From: an uncultured Actinomycetota bacterium
GTDB lineage: Bacteria; Actinomycetota; Humimicrobiia; Humimicrobiales; Humimicrobiaceae
NCBI GenBank assembly: GCA_964578625.1
Contig: CAZODQ010000001.1
Coordinates: forward strand, 153,793-217,792
Length of the DNA: 64,000 nt
Direction: 5' to 3'
In this document: in pieces, positions 43,641 through 56,050 of the stretch
Numbering within the stretch: position 1 is the first letter of the stretch
Layout of the letters: every line of letters starts with the position of its first letter
Program-made: the position numbers and the translations under genes
The notes under the pieces: generated by a model
The model's input: only the letters and a program-made list of their open reading frames with translations
What the model was told of the DNA's origin: nothing
The model's database searches: none

Positions 43641-45029
43641 CTATTTTTTTTCCTTTTTAAATTTCGCAATATATTTATCCAAATATTCGGTTCTGATTCT
43701 TTTTAATTCTTCTCTTGGAAATATCAGCAGAAGTTTCCATCCCAGATCAAGTGTTTGGATTATGCTTCTATTTTCGTATTCACTCTGGGAAATATATTCA
43801 TTTTCAAAATTTTCTGCAAACTTAAGATACAATCTGTCCATATCGGTAAGTGCCGCTTCTCCAAGTATGGTTGCCAGTTCTTCTACTTCCTTCCCCCTTG
43901 CATATGCCGCATACAGCTGGTTAAACATATCCGCATGATCTTCTCTTGTTTTTCCCTTACCAATCCCCTTATCCTTAAGTCTTGAAAGAGACGGCAGTAC
44001 ATCAACAGGAGGAGATAATTTTTTCTTGTGCAGTGACCTTGACAGTATAATCTGCCCCTCAGTTATATACCCCGTAAGGTCCGGAATGGGATGGGTCTTA
44101 TCATCTTCCGGCATTGTAAGTATTGGGATCTGGGTTATCGATCCTTTCTTTCCCTTTATTCTGCCCGCCCTCTCATAAATAGTGGCCAGGTCGGTATATA
44201 GATATCCGGGATAACCCCTTCTTCCGGGGATTTCCTTTCTGGCAGCAGAGACTTCTTTTAAAGCCTCGCAGTAATTGGTCATATCAGTTAATATTACCAG
44301 TACATGCATATCCTTTTCAAAAGCAAGATATTCTGCACACGTAAGACCGACTCTGGGAGTCGCAATCCTTTCAATTGCAGGATCATCAGCAAGGTTTAAT
44401 ACCATAACCGCTCTGTTTATGGCACCGGTTTTCTTAAAATCACTTATAAAATATTCGGATTCTTCAAAGGTGATCCCTATGGCAATGAAGACTACGGCAA
44501 ACTCCTCCTTTTTCCCCAGCACTGTGGCCTGCCTTGCAATCTGAGCTGCTATCCGGTTATGGGGAAGCCCGGCTCCGGAAAATATAGGCAGCTTCTGCCC
44601 TCTTACCAGAGTGTTTAGGCCATCTATGGATGATATTCCGGTTTGAATAAACTCATTGGGATAATCTCTGGCAAAAGGATTTATAGGAGCACCATTTATA
44701 TCCAGGCTTTTTTCAGGGATGATTTTGTCCTTATCGGTCTTTGGTCTGCCAAGGCCGGTAAAGACCTTGCCAAGTATATCTGGAGAAAGGTACATATGCG
44801 TACCCCTTCCTAAAAAACTTACCCTTGTATTCTCTGAATCTATTCCGGTCGTACCTTCAAATACCTGTACAAGCGCACTATCCTTATCAACTTCAAGTAC
44901 CATGCCGCTTCTTATGCTGCCGTCATCAAGCTTTATATCAACCAGCTCCTCATACTTGACTCCTTCAACGCCTTCCACATGAAGCAGCGGCCCTGATATA
45001 TTTGAAATACTTTTATACTCTTTTAACAT
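43641..45029 (-). CDS. atpB: V/A-type ATP synthase subunit B
   Basis: [41 protein letters not shown] and [16 protein letters not shown]. Confidence 0.96.
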   Translation of the reverse strand: MLKEYKSISNISGPLLHVEGVEGVKYEELVDIKLDDGSIRSGMVLEVDKDSALVQVFEGTTGIDSENTRVSFLGRGTHMYLSPDILGKVFTGLGRPKTDKDKIIPEKSLDINGAPINPFARDYPNEFIQTGISSIDGLNTLVRGQKLPIFSGAGLPHNRIAAQIARQATVLGKKEEFAVVFIAIGITFEESEYFISDFKKTGAINRAVMVLNLADDPAIERIATPRVGLTCAEYLAFEKDMHVLVILTDMTNYCEALKEVSAARKEIPGRRGYPGYLYTDLATIYERAGRIKGKKGSITQIPILTMPEDDKTHPIPDLTGYITEGQIILSRSLHKKKLSPPVDVLPSLSRLKDKGIGKGKTREDHADMFNQLYAAYARGKEVEELATILGEAALTDMDRLYLKFAENFENEYISQSEYENRSIIQTLDLGWKLLLIFPREELKRIRTEYLDKYIAKFKKEKK

Positions 45030-45031
45030 GC

Positions 45032-46792
45032 CTACACCTCTGTTATTGAAGAAAATTCTTTATCTATATCTTCTTTGATCTTATCAATATCCCCTATATC
45101 TTCTTTTTTAATATATTTCATCCTGGCTATTTTTTCTCTAACCTTCATATTCTCTATATCTTTAATATCAGCGTTTAATTTCAAATAACCTGATGCCTGA
45201 TTGTAGAAATAAATAATCGTATCTATCATTTTATACTGCTTCTCTACTGATGAATAAGTATCTGCTTCATGATAGGCAATTTGATGCAGGAAGTCCTCCC
45301 TTAACATTCTGGCCGTAAGCAATACCAGCCTGTCCAAACCTGACAGAGCATCGATTCCTACCAGACGGACAATCTCCTCGAGCTCCGATTCTTTCTCAAG
45401 AATTCTCATTGCTTCTGCCTGCAGGTCAAAATAATCTTCCTTTATATTTTTAGTAACATAGTCCCTTATATTATCAATATAAAGTGAGTAGGAGTTCAGC
45501 CACGATATTGCCGGGAAATGCCTGCTGTAGGCAAGTTTAGCTTCAAGAGACCAAAAGACTTTTACAACCCTTAATGTAGCCTGCACTACCGGGTCTGAAA
45601 GGTCGCCTCCCGGAGGAGATACTGCACCGATGACTGAAAGAGCGCCAACTCTACTATTGTCACACGACAGACATTTAACCATACCCGCCCTTTCATAAAA
45701 TGAAGCAAGTCTTGCTCCCAGATACGCCGGGTACCCCTCCTCTCCGGGCATCTCTTCCAGCCTGCCAGAAATCTCTCTCATAGCTTCCGCCCATCTTGAA
45801 GTCGAATCTGCCATAAGCGCCACTGAATATCCCATATCCCTAAAATATTCAGCAATAGTTATTCCTGTGTAAACAGATGTCTCTCTGGCTGCAACAGGCA
45901 TATTTGAAGTATTGGCAATAAGTACAGTTCTTTTCATCAAAGGAACTCCGGATTTTGGATCGATCAATTCCGGGAATTCCATAAGAACATCCGTCATTTC
46001 ATTTCCTCTTTCCCCGCATCCTACATAAACAATGATTTCAGCATCGATCCACTTTGCCAGCTGATGCTGGATAACGGTTTTACCCGAACCAAATGGTCCG
46101 GGAACACATGCAGTACCGCCTTTTGCAATGGGAAAAAACATATCTATTACTCTCTGGCCGGTAAATAAGGGCATATCCGGGCTCATCTTATTCAGATATG
46201 GCCTGGGCTTTCTCACCGGCCACTTCTGTATCATGTTCACCTTCCTGTCGCCATCCTTGCTTTTGATCACTGCTATGGTATCTGTAACCCTGAACTCGCC
46301 TTTTTCAACCGACTTGACCTCTCCACTTATTCCATAAGGAACCATGATATAGTGTTTTACTATTTCAGTTTCATCGACAAAGCCCAGAAAATCTCCACTG
46401 CTGACCCTGTCACCTTTTTTCACCATTGGCTTAAATTTCCACTTCCTATCCCTATTTAATGCTGATTCGGAAACACCCCTCGTAATAAAATCCCCGGTCT
46501 TTTTATATATTTCATCAAGAGGCCTTTGAATCCCATCATAAATCGACTCGATGACACCAGGTCCTAATTCCACAGTTAGGGGTTCACCTGACGGATATAC
46601 CGGCTCTCCGACACCAATACCTCCTGTTTCTTCATAAACCTGTATGGAAGCAAGACCTTCTCTTAGCTCTATTATCTCACCCAATAACTTCTTATCGGAA
46701 ACATGGACAACATCGAGCATTTTTGAACCGAACATATTTTCAGCAACGACCAGCGGACCCGCTACCTTTACAATTTTACCTGGTTTACTCAC
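45032..46792 (-). CDS. atpA: V/A-type ATP synthase subunit A
   Basis: [18 protein letters not shown] (P-loop), [20 protein letters not shown] and EEGYPAYL. Confidence 0.96.
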   Translation of the reverse strand: MSKPGKIVKVAGPLVVAENMFGSKMLDVVHVSDKKLLGEIIELREGLASIQVYEETGGIGVGEPVYPSGEPLTVELGPGVIESIYDGIQRPLDEIYKKTGDFITRGVSESALNRDRKWKFKPMVKKGDRVSSGDFLGFVDETEIVKHYIMVPYGISGEVKSVEKGEFRVTDTIAVIKSKDGDRKVNMIQKWPVRKPRPYLNKMSPDMPLFTGQRVIDMFFPIAKGGTACVPGPFGSGKTVIQHQLAKWIDAEIIVYVGCGERGNEMTDVLMEFPELIDPKSGVPLMKRTVLIANTSNMPVAARETSVYTGITIAEYFRDMGYSVALMADSTSRWAEAMREISGRLEEMPGEEGYPAYLGARLASFYERAGMVKCLSCDNSRVGALSVIGAVSPPGGDLSDPVVQATLRVVKVFWSLEAKLAYSRHFPAISWLNSYSLYIDNIRDYVTKNIKEDYFDLQAEAMRILEKESELEEIVRLVGIDALSGLDRLVLLTARMLREDFLHQIAYHEADTYSSVEKQYKMIDTIIYFYNQASGYLKLNADIKDIENMKVREKIARMKYIKKEDIGDIDKIKEDIDKEFSSITEV

Positions 46793-47135
46793 TTACACTC
46801 TCCTTTTCTTCCGACATTATATCAACACCGACTGCTTTTATTATTGCTCTTCTCAATCTTCTGACTGCGTAATCATTTCTTTTCCCCAGTCCCGGGATTA
46901 CTACTATCGAAGGCTCCAGCTTCTCTGTGTATTCTCTAATAAGCCTGTCTAATTTTAATGCAATAGTTTCGGTCATAAAGATAATCCTATAACCTTCTTT
47001 TACAATCTCTTTTAATTTTTTTTCTATATCAGTTGTCTCATCAACACCGTCAGTTACAGGAAAGACATCTATGCCTGCCGCTTTAAATATTAACATAATG
47101 TCACTTTCACCAAATGCAGCAATTTTTGTATCCAC
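46785..47135 (-). CDS. atpF: V/A-type ATP synthase subunit F
   Basis: KIAAFGESD...FKAAG...PSIVVIP...IIKAVGVDI; position in the operon. Confidence 0.85.
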   Translation of the reverse strand: MDTKIAAFGESDIMLIFKAAGIDVFPVTDGVDETTDIEKKLKEIVKEGYRIIFMTETIALKLDRLIREYTEKLEPSIVVIPGLGKRNDYAVRRLRRAIIKAVGVDIMSEEKESVSE

Positions 47136-48148
47136 TAAACTCCTACCTTACTTCTTATTATGTTTTCACCGACACCATATCTAACACCGGTAAATATGAC
47201 ATTTAGATAACTTAGTTCCATCTTTTTCAATAAAAAAAATTTAAAAACATTTTCCAGATTTGAAACTGTATACTTCAAAGAATCAAAAAAATCGATGTAG
47301 AACGAATCCTCATTTTTCTCAAAAGAGGAAAAGGTACCCTCATACTGCAGAGCATGACTCCCTTTGACTGCTATATCCGCATAAGCCGTCCTCCCCATTT
47401 CCCTGATAAAAAGGTCCAGGCTCTCGTCTTTGAATTCCATTATCATTTCTTTTTGTAAAAACCCGTTCTCGTGTAAGAAATAATCAAAATCCAAATCCTC
47501 TTCAAGATACTTGTTCCTATAAAAATTTTTAATATTCATTATATCTATGACATGCCTTAAATAATCCGTAATCAGCCTGCTTCCCAGCTCTTTAACGGAA
47601 TTAAAAATCTCCTTTAAATAAAATCTCTCAAGCTCCAGCTCCATAAGCCTGTAATTTTTTTGCCCTTTCGCCAGCTCTACCGAAAACTTGAGTATTTCTG
47701 AAACTGACTTATCTATTTTCTCATAATTTTCAGTCACAGCTGCATCTTTTAGTTCCCCATAAGAATAAAATAATGGAATAAAAAGGTCTTCCAGATCCAT
47801 ATCCATAATAACTGATTTAACAATCACTTTTAAGTTATGTATATTTTGTTCAAAAAACAGCAAATCCTTCACTATCTGATGTTCCGGCCTCAGTCTCTCA
47901 CTTAAAAACTCTACCATGCCTTTATATTCCTCTAATATAGCGTTTTCGAAGCTCCTGGATCTCTCCATATCACTTATATATCCTGAATAAACCGTATCTC
48001 TCAATACTGACAAAAAGTCTTCCATGCTTTTAGATTTCAACATTCTTTCAATTTTATCTTTTCCCAGAAATTCAATCTCTCTTGCCTTAAGTTCCGCACA
48101 TGTAAAAAGATAATAGCTGTCATCTCCAATATCATAATCAAGAAACAT
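47135..48148 (-). CDS. atpC: V/A-type ATP synthase subunit C (d)
   Basis: A.LKARE..FL, LRDTVY, HNLKVIVK and IDIMNIK; size and position between subunits E and F. Confidence 0.82.
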   Translation of the reverse strand: MFLDYDIGDDSYYLFTCAELKAREIEFLGKDKIERMLKSKSMEDFLSVLRDTVYSGYISDMERSRSFENAILEEYKGMVEFLSERLRPEHQIVKDLLFFEQNIHNLKVIVKSVIMDMDLEDLFIPLFYSYGELKDAAVTENYEKIDKSVSEILKFSVELAKGQKNYRLMELELERFYLKEIFNSVKELGSRLITDYLRHVIDIMNIKNFYRNKYLEEDLDFDYFLHENGFLQKEMIMEFKDESLDLFIREMGRTAYADIAVKGSHALQYEGTFSSFEKNEDSFYIDFFDSLKYTVSNLENVFKFFLLKKMELSYLNVIFTGVRYGVGENIIRSKVGV

Positions 48149-48154
48149 TTCCTC

Positions 48155-48727
48155 TTACTTCTCCTTACCGAATAAATAAAAAGCGGTCTCCATTCTTATA
48201 TCATCGATATCCGGATCGATCAGACTATCGGCTGTTATATTGTACTGGGTTTTTCCTTTGATTATCTTAATCCCTTTTTTAAAATCAGGACTCCCGTCTG
48301 CTTTTTTTAATTTTGCTATTGATTCAATCATTTTGCCGTTAATATTTTTTTCCTGACTTCCGATCTGGTAATAACCGTTTCCTACATTCAGAGTTTTCAA
48401 GGTCTTTTTTATAAACTTTTCATATTCCTTTTTATCCAGACTTGAAAGTCTATCCTTGGCTCCGGCTATGATCTCATCAATCAGATTAATCTTATAAGCA
48501 GTTGCTCTCTGCTTTAATTCCGTTTTTGCTCTGGTCACTTCGACATCAAAAACCTCTTTATATTTTTCCTGTGCTTTAAGTTTCCCGTCCCGGTTGATTT
48601 CTTCTGCCTTCTTCTCAGCTTCCCCTATTATACTCGATGCCTTCTTTCTGCCTTCATCCAGTATCTTTTCTCTTTCCGCTGACGCATCTTCCAGGATCTT
48701 CTTGGAAACATTGTCTAGCTCCGCCAT
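48155..48727 (-). CDS. atpE: V/A-type ATP synthase subunit E
   Basis: Long N-terminal coiled coil (KILEDA..E..KIL) plus a globular C-terminus; operon position. Confidence 0.8.
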   Translation of the reverse strand: MAELDNVSKKILEDASAEREKILDEGRKKASSIIGEAEKKAEEINRDGKLKAQEKYKEVFDVEVTRAKTELKQRATAYKINLIDEIIAGAKDRLSSLDKKEYEKFIKKTLKTLNVGNGYYQIGSQEKNINGKMIESIAKLKKADGSPDFKKGIKIIKGKTQYNITADSLIDPDIDDIRMETAFYLFGKEK

Positions 48728-48741
48728 ATACCGCTCACCCT

Positions 48742-51216
<2,475 letters not shown>

Positions 51217-51217
<1 letters not shown>

Positions 51218-51528
51218 TAACCAATAATCCTTTTAACTATTTTTTTTATTGCATCTTCCCGGTTAGCCTCTGATATACTCTTTATTTCCGCCAACCTGTT
51301 TTTATGATCTTTCTCTAGTTTTACAGCTTCACCAGCTGCATCGCTTTTTGCCTTATCTTCGGCTTCTGCCGACATAATTTTTACTTCTTTTTCAGCTTCC
51401 TTTAGTATTTCAGTGGCCCTGCGGTATGCTTCCTCTATGATTTCCTTGGATTTCTTTTTGGATGAGGTTATGACCTTTTCTGCCTTCTTTTCAGCTTTTT
51501 TTATTTGACCAATAATATTATTAATCAT
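51217..51528 (-). CDS. V/A-type ATP synthase peripheral stalk subunit H/G
   Basis: 103-aa Lys/Glu/Ala coiled coil (IKKAEKKAEKVI) immediately before subunit I. Confidence 0.75.
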
Positions 51529-51543
51529 TTTAAAAAAATCCTT

Positions 51544-52434
51544 TTAAAATATCTTCTCTATGGCTAAATTCAAATAATAATTCAAAATCAAATCCAGAAG
51601 TGAATAGCCGGCCTCCTGCCTTATAACATTAGGTTCGCCTTTAATTCCGCCCAACTCCGCTGCTGCTTCTATGGCATCCTTGTAATTTCCAATCTTATCA
51701 ATAAGGCCCAGGTCCAGCGCTTCCGTCCCTAAAAAGACCCATCCCGTCGCCAATTTTTTTACCTCACTTACTTCCATACCCCTTGAATCTGCCACATCTG
51801 AAATAAACTGCTCATAGACTTCTTTAAGCTGCGCTTCAAGCATTTTCTCTTCTTCTTCCGTAATCGGCCTGTCAGGGCTTCCCACATCCTTAAATTCACC
51901 CTGCTTTATGGTTGTGTACTTTATCCCAAGCTGTTCATACAAACCCTCCAGATTAGGGATCTGCAATATTACTCCGATACTTCCTACCGAAGAAGAACGG
52001 TTGGCAATTATCATGTCGGCAGCTGAAGATATATAGTACGCACCGGAAGCACAGGTTTCACTGACTGAGACCACAACCGGCTTTTCCACTTTTTTAATCT
52101 CTTCATATATCTCCTGGGAAGCAGCGGCACTTCCGCCTGGACTATTGACCCTGATCAAAATCGCTTTTACATTCGGGTTTCTTTCGGCCTCATCAAGCTG
52201 ACTTATTATTTCTTCAGGTGTGACTGTTCCCTCTGAGAAAAGGCCTGCATATTTACCCGCAGAAATCAATCCTTCAAGGCGTATTTCATAGATTGAGTCA
52301 CCAAACCCGTAAGAGGTCCTCCCCAAACCGCCGCTTATAAGTCCTGCTACATAGCAGCCTCCTGAAAACACGACGAGTATAAAAATACAGAGGAAAGTAA
52401 TTCCTACTATCTTGCCCGCACTCCATCTTGACAA
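51544..52434 (-). CDS. sppA: Signal peptide peptidase SppA (36K type, S49)
   Basis: IRVNSPGGSAAASQEI, KPVVVS, ASGAYYISS, VGSIGV, FKDVGSP and ALDLGLIDKIG. Confidence 0.92.
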   Translation of the reverse strand: MSRWSAGKIVGITFLCIFILVVFSGGCYVAGLISGGLGRTSYGFGDSIYEIRLEGLISAGKYAGLFSEGTVTPEEIISQLDEAERNPNVKAILIRVNSPGGSAAASQEIYEEIKKVEKPVVVSVSETCASGAYYISSAADMIIANRSSSVGSIGVILQIPNLEGLYEQLGIKYTTIKQGEFKDVGSPDRPITEEEEKMLEAQLKEVYEQFISDVADSRGMEVSEVKKLATGWVFLGTEALDLGLIDKIGNYKDAIEAAAELGGIKGEPNVIRQEAGYSLLDLILNYYLNLAIEKIF

Positions 52435-52491
52435 AATAATACCTCCGACCGAACTTATATTTTATGCCTTATTTTAACAGCAATAGAGTAA

Positions 52492-53757
52492 TTATAGAAT
52501 ATCTAAACAGTAAATCCGCCAGGTAAAAGCGACTTTACCCAATTTGGAAATAGGATTTACGATATCCAGATTTATGTCCGCAAGCTGTGAACCCGAAGCA
52601 TACTTAAATCCTAAGTTGACTGCATCCGTATTTATCTTTGAATATATTTTGGATTCTATTCCGGCTCTCCTATATTCCTTTTTAATACCCAAGATCAGTG
52701 ACCTGAATCTTGTGTATCCTTTAGTTTTTAGCCTCTTCCGTACTAGGTTAAAGATCTTAATATCCCTGACCAGATCCCTCCGGCTTAAGAAGCGCTTTGA
52801 AGGCATATACTTCTGCCCGTCGTCAAAATCATAAATTATCTCGTTTATATCGGGAAAATTTACCGATACTCCTATAGGCTCCCCATTCTTTTCTATAATG
52901 AATATCAGCTCTTCCATAGATATGGCCTTTATGCCCATTGCCAGATAATTGAATTCCGCATCGGTCAATCTTACCTGCTGGGGATGCTTTTCGGTGTCCC
53001 AGATGTCATTATAAAGCTCTCTTATTCTCTTAATCTCATTTCTGTAATCCTTAAAGTCAGCACACCTTATATTTACCCCGTCAAATTTACTTCCGTTTTT
53101 ACTGGAGATCTTAAGCAGAATTCTTTCAACCCTGTCCATATAATTCTTACTGATATCACTATCAGTTACTATACTGTACCAGTCATTTTCCTTCCTAAAA
53201 CCGTACTGCTCAAAAAACTCCTTATAATACGGAGCATTATACGGCTCCATAAAATAGGGCACGTTTTCAAACCCGTCTATAAGAAGCCCTACTTCTCCTC
53301 CGGCATTGAACTTTGCAGGGCCTATTATCCTGCTGCATTCGTACCCCTTTAGATAATCAATCGCACTACCTATCAGCATATTTGCAACATCCTTATTTTC
53401 AATAGATTCAAATAGACCCAGCCATCCAAACCTGTCATTGTATTTCTGGTTATAGTTGTAATCTATAAAGGACATTACTCTTCCCACAGGCCTGCCATCG
53501 TCATAAGCAATAAAGAATTTGATCTGCGCATGGTCAAAAAAGGGATTCCTGCCGATTATTCCCGGTAATCTAAAAGATGTGGGATTCAGAGATTCAATTT
53601 CCTGGATAAAAAGGGGAAATACTTTCTTTGACTGTCCGCTACTATACCAGTCTATATAATAGGGTACGATTACGAATTCTTTCAGCCTGTTTAAGTTTAA
53701 ACTGTTAAAGGAACCCGGCCTGTATTCACCAAGTTCCCTTATATGAAATCCTGGCAT
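52492..53757 (-). CDS. GNAT-fold protein of the YghO-like family
   Basis: NPFFDHA, GRPVGR, FGWLGLFE, GLLIDGFE..PYFMEPYNAPYY, PDINE and ILGIKKEYRRAGI. Confidence 0.72.
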   Translation of the reverse strand: MPGFHIRELGEYRPGSFNSLNLNRLKEFVIVPYYIDWYSSGQSKKVFPLFIQEIESLNPTSFRLPGIIGRNPFFDHAQIKFFIAYDDGRPVGRVMSFIDYNYNQKYNDRFGWLGLFESIENKDVANMLIGSAIDYLKGYECSRIIGPAKFNAGGEVGLLIDGFENVPYFMEPYNAPYYKEFFEQYGFRKENDWYSIVTDSDISKNYMDRVERILLKISSKNGSKFDGVNIRCADFKDYRNEIKRIRELYNDIWDTEKHPQQVRLTDAEFNYLAMGIKAISMEELIFIIEKNGEPIGVSVNFPDINEIIYDFDDGQKYMPSKRFLSRRDLVRDIKIFNLVRKRLKTKGYTRFRSLILGIKKEYRRAGIESKIYSKINTDAVNLGFKYASGSQLADINLDIVNPISKLGKVAFTWRIYCLDIL

Positions 53758-54006
53758 ATATACCGTAGAAATCTCCTTATTGTAAATAGAGGTAATTATA
53801 ATCTATATTGCGGGGCTTCTCAACCGAAAAAGGAGATAATTTTTAAACTAAAGTGGTTATGGGATAGTTATAATTCAAAGTGGTAATCTAAGTGTTAAAA
53901 TTTCGAATCAGTTTTTAAGTAAAATTCTTAAATTAAGGAGTATAATTAACTGATTCTTAGTATTTTTCAATTATAATTAAATACTATATATAGTAAGTAG
54001 AAATTA

Positions 54007-54960
54007 CTATTTACCGATGTCAACTTCAATTTCTGCTATATTTAGCTTCTTTTTATTAATCCAAACAAAACCTTGATTTGGCGTAATCACTACTACATCT
54101 ACAGGACCCCCTACACCAGGTATATCTCCTGGATTACCTCTTATACCATCAGAAAATCGTTGAATAGCTGAAGTAGTCTGAATCATTAAAACACAAAAAT
54201 CAATTGCATCTTGAAGAGTCATTGTACCCCATTGGATGACATATTCTAAATTTCTTAATTGTTTATTAATCTCGTTTTGCCCTAGCTTCTGAGTTGATTC
54301 TCTAATAAAATTTATGTTTCCAATTCTTCCATCAAATCCTAAAACAATTCTAGAGACTACGTCAATTTGGCCAGACCAAGTAGCACCATATTCCTTTCCC
54401 TTTTCAGCACTACTCCTTTTTCTTTGAATTTCACCAGGAATATGACACATATAAACTTCATGACTACCATCTTCATTATATCCAGCAATTAGAAGATTAA
54501 TCATATCTACTCCGCCGGCTCCTTCTTTTATCTGGTCCTTTTGATCTTTAAAGCGGAATTTAATAATATATCCTTCTTGTTTTATTTCTAGAATTTCACA
54601 TCCTTGTTTCTGTAAATCGCTTCTTATTTTATCAGGTAATTTTTTTAATTGTTCTTGATAATTGTATTTTTTATCAAACAAATAATAAAGCTTCTCAGCT
54701 GTTTCTTTTACACTTAACTTTTGTATATCAACTTTAGTTTTAAACTCATCGATAAACTTACTAATATTCTTCATTACTCCATCTTCTGGTAAGAAAGCAA
54801 GCCCAGTAATAGCTAAACCTACTCGTTTATTAATCTGAAAAAGTTTAGATGCATTATCAGAGCCAATTCTAGCCATACCTTTTCTATTACGAAAAGATTG
54901 CCTACTATCTGCTGCAAGTACAATTCCTTCTGGTGTAGTTGTATTAATTGCTAAAGACAT
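54007..54960 (-). CDS. Proteasome-beta/HslV-like Ntn hydrolase (N-terminal Ser nucleophile)
   Basis: (M)SLAINTTTPEGIVLAADSR...SKLFQI..VGLAITG matches the T1-D17-K33-G47 layout; LLIAGY; C-terminal MTLQDAIDF...VGGPVDVVVIT. Confidence 0.8.
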   Translation of the reverse strand: MSLAINTTTPEGIVLAADSRQSFRNRKGMARIGSDNASKLFQINKRVGLAITGLAFLPEDGVMKNISKFIDEFKTKVDIQKLSVKETAEKLYYLFDKKYNYQEQLKKLPDKIRSDLQKQGCEILEIKQEGYIIKFRFKDQKDQIKEGAGGVDMINLLIAGYNEDGSHEVYMCHIPGEIQRKRSSAEKGKEYGATWSGQIDVVSRIVLGFDGRIGNINFIRESTQKLGQNEINKQLRNLEYVIQWGTMTLQDAIDFCVLMIQTTSAIQRFSDGIRGNPGDIPGVGGPVDVVVITPNQGFVWINKKKLNIAEIEVDIGK

Positions 54961-55948
54961 AATTAGTAAAATTATTATTAATTAAATTTGGAAAATTACT
55001 AGAAATATCTCTTAATAATATTCTATCGTTTGATTGAATATTGGTTTTTGTAATATCAACTATGAAAAAGATTCTTAAATCATTTTTATCTTTATCGGTT
55101 CTCCTCGACCAATAAAGAATCTCACCACTCTTTTTTAATGCACCACCATATATTGGGAAATCTACACAATTAGACAATGATTTAAGTTTTAATCTCATTC
55201 TTTTTATAAAATTTTTAACAGCCTTTTTACTTCTAGAGATGGAAAATAACCTAAATTGACCTGTATTATCGATATAATTAATATCTTCTGTGTTACCATA
55301 CTCTTGACCAAAACGAAAAAAATGATTTGATGAAGAACCAGACCATATTACCTCGTATAATGGGTGTTCATCTAGTATTGTATATCCATTAGTATCATCA
55401 AGAATTGGTATTTTTGGTGTTACAATTAATACATTGTAATTTTCAATAAAGTATTTTTGAGTTGTATCATATAATCCATCAAAGTTTGATTTCTCAGCAA
55501 CAAATTGAGTCCTATTATAAGAATTATATTCTTCAGTCCTATTTTGGCTCTGTAATGAAATAATCTCACTGCTATCAATAATAGTCTTACTCAAATTAGA
55601 AATTTTACCATAATTTATGGTAATACATTCAGAAGTTTCCCATATAGAATTATTTTTTTCATCAGAATATATAAAATCTAGATTTTGTTGCATATTATCA
55701 AAATAGTTTTTTTCTCTCTCTATTTCTTCAACAATTTCAGGTTTTAAAGTTATTGCTCTAGGACAATGATGTTCTCTTTTTAAAAATCCCTTTTTTCCTA
55801 TAGCATCCAATAGGTCTTTAACAGTTTGCTTAGAGAAAACACCAAGTTTTTTTGCAAGCTCAGCCAAAGAAGGAGTTATTCCTTTTTCTCTTTGCCCTTC
55901 ATAGATTAATTTTATTACTTCACGTTGTCTATCTGTTAATTGTTTCAT
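54944..55948 (-). CDS. LexA-type winged-helix DNA-binding protein with unrecognised C-terminal domain
   Basis: LTDRQREVIKLI......GITPSLAELAKKLGV.SKQTV...L..I.KKGFLKR....PRAI is the LexA N-terminal domain pattern. No Ala-Gly cleavage site or S24 Ser-Lys motif is visible downstream. Confidence 0.75.
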   Translation of the reverse strand: MKQLTDRQREVIKLIYEGQREKGITPSLAELAKKLGVFSKQTVKDLLDAIGKKGFLKREHHCPRAITLKPEIVEEIEREKNYFDNMQQNLDFIYSDEKNNSIWETSECITINYGKISNLSKTIIDSSEIISLQSQNRTEEYNSYNRTQFVAEKSNFDGLYDTTQKYFIENYNVLIVTPKIPILDDTNGYTILDEHPLYEVIWSGSSSNHFFRFGQEYGNTEDINYIDNTGQFRLFSISRSKKAVKNFIKRMRLKLKSLSNCVDFPIYGGALKKSGEILYWSRRTDKDKNDLRIFFIVDITKTNIQSNDRILLRDISSNFPNLINNNFTNYVFSN

Positions 55949-55981
55949 ATTTCTATTATAACTAATTCGTAATTCTTTAAA

Positions 55982-56009
55982 ATTATACCTGAAATAAGTC
56001 AGGTGTCAA
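55982..56009 (-). promoter_or_regulatory. Consensus sigma70 promoter containing a palindromic operator
   Basis: Minus strand reads TTGACA CCTGACTTATTTCAGG TATAAT. Palindrome ACCTGA-N6-TCAGGT at 55987-56004; the -10 ends 33 bp before the ATG at 55948. Confidence 0.85.
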
Positions 56010-56050
56010 GTAAAATATTTATAATTATTGTTATTTTAGAGTGATCTTAC

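Noticed and set aside
53850-53900. Short aaagtggt-like direct repeats downstream of the Ntn hydrolase gene
   Set aside because: Only 2-3 imperfect 8-mers with irregular spacing; not a CRISPR array, iteron set or clear att site.
54944-55948. Calling this gene lexA
   Set aside because: Only the N-terminal DNA-binding domain matches; the cleavage site and S24 catalytic domain are not visible.
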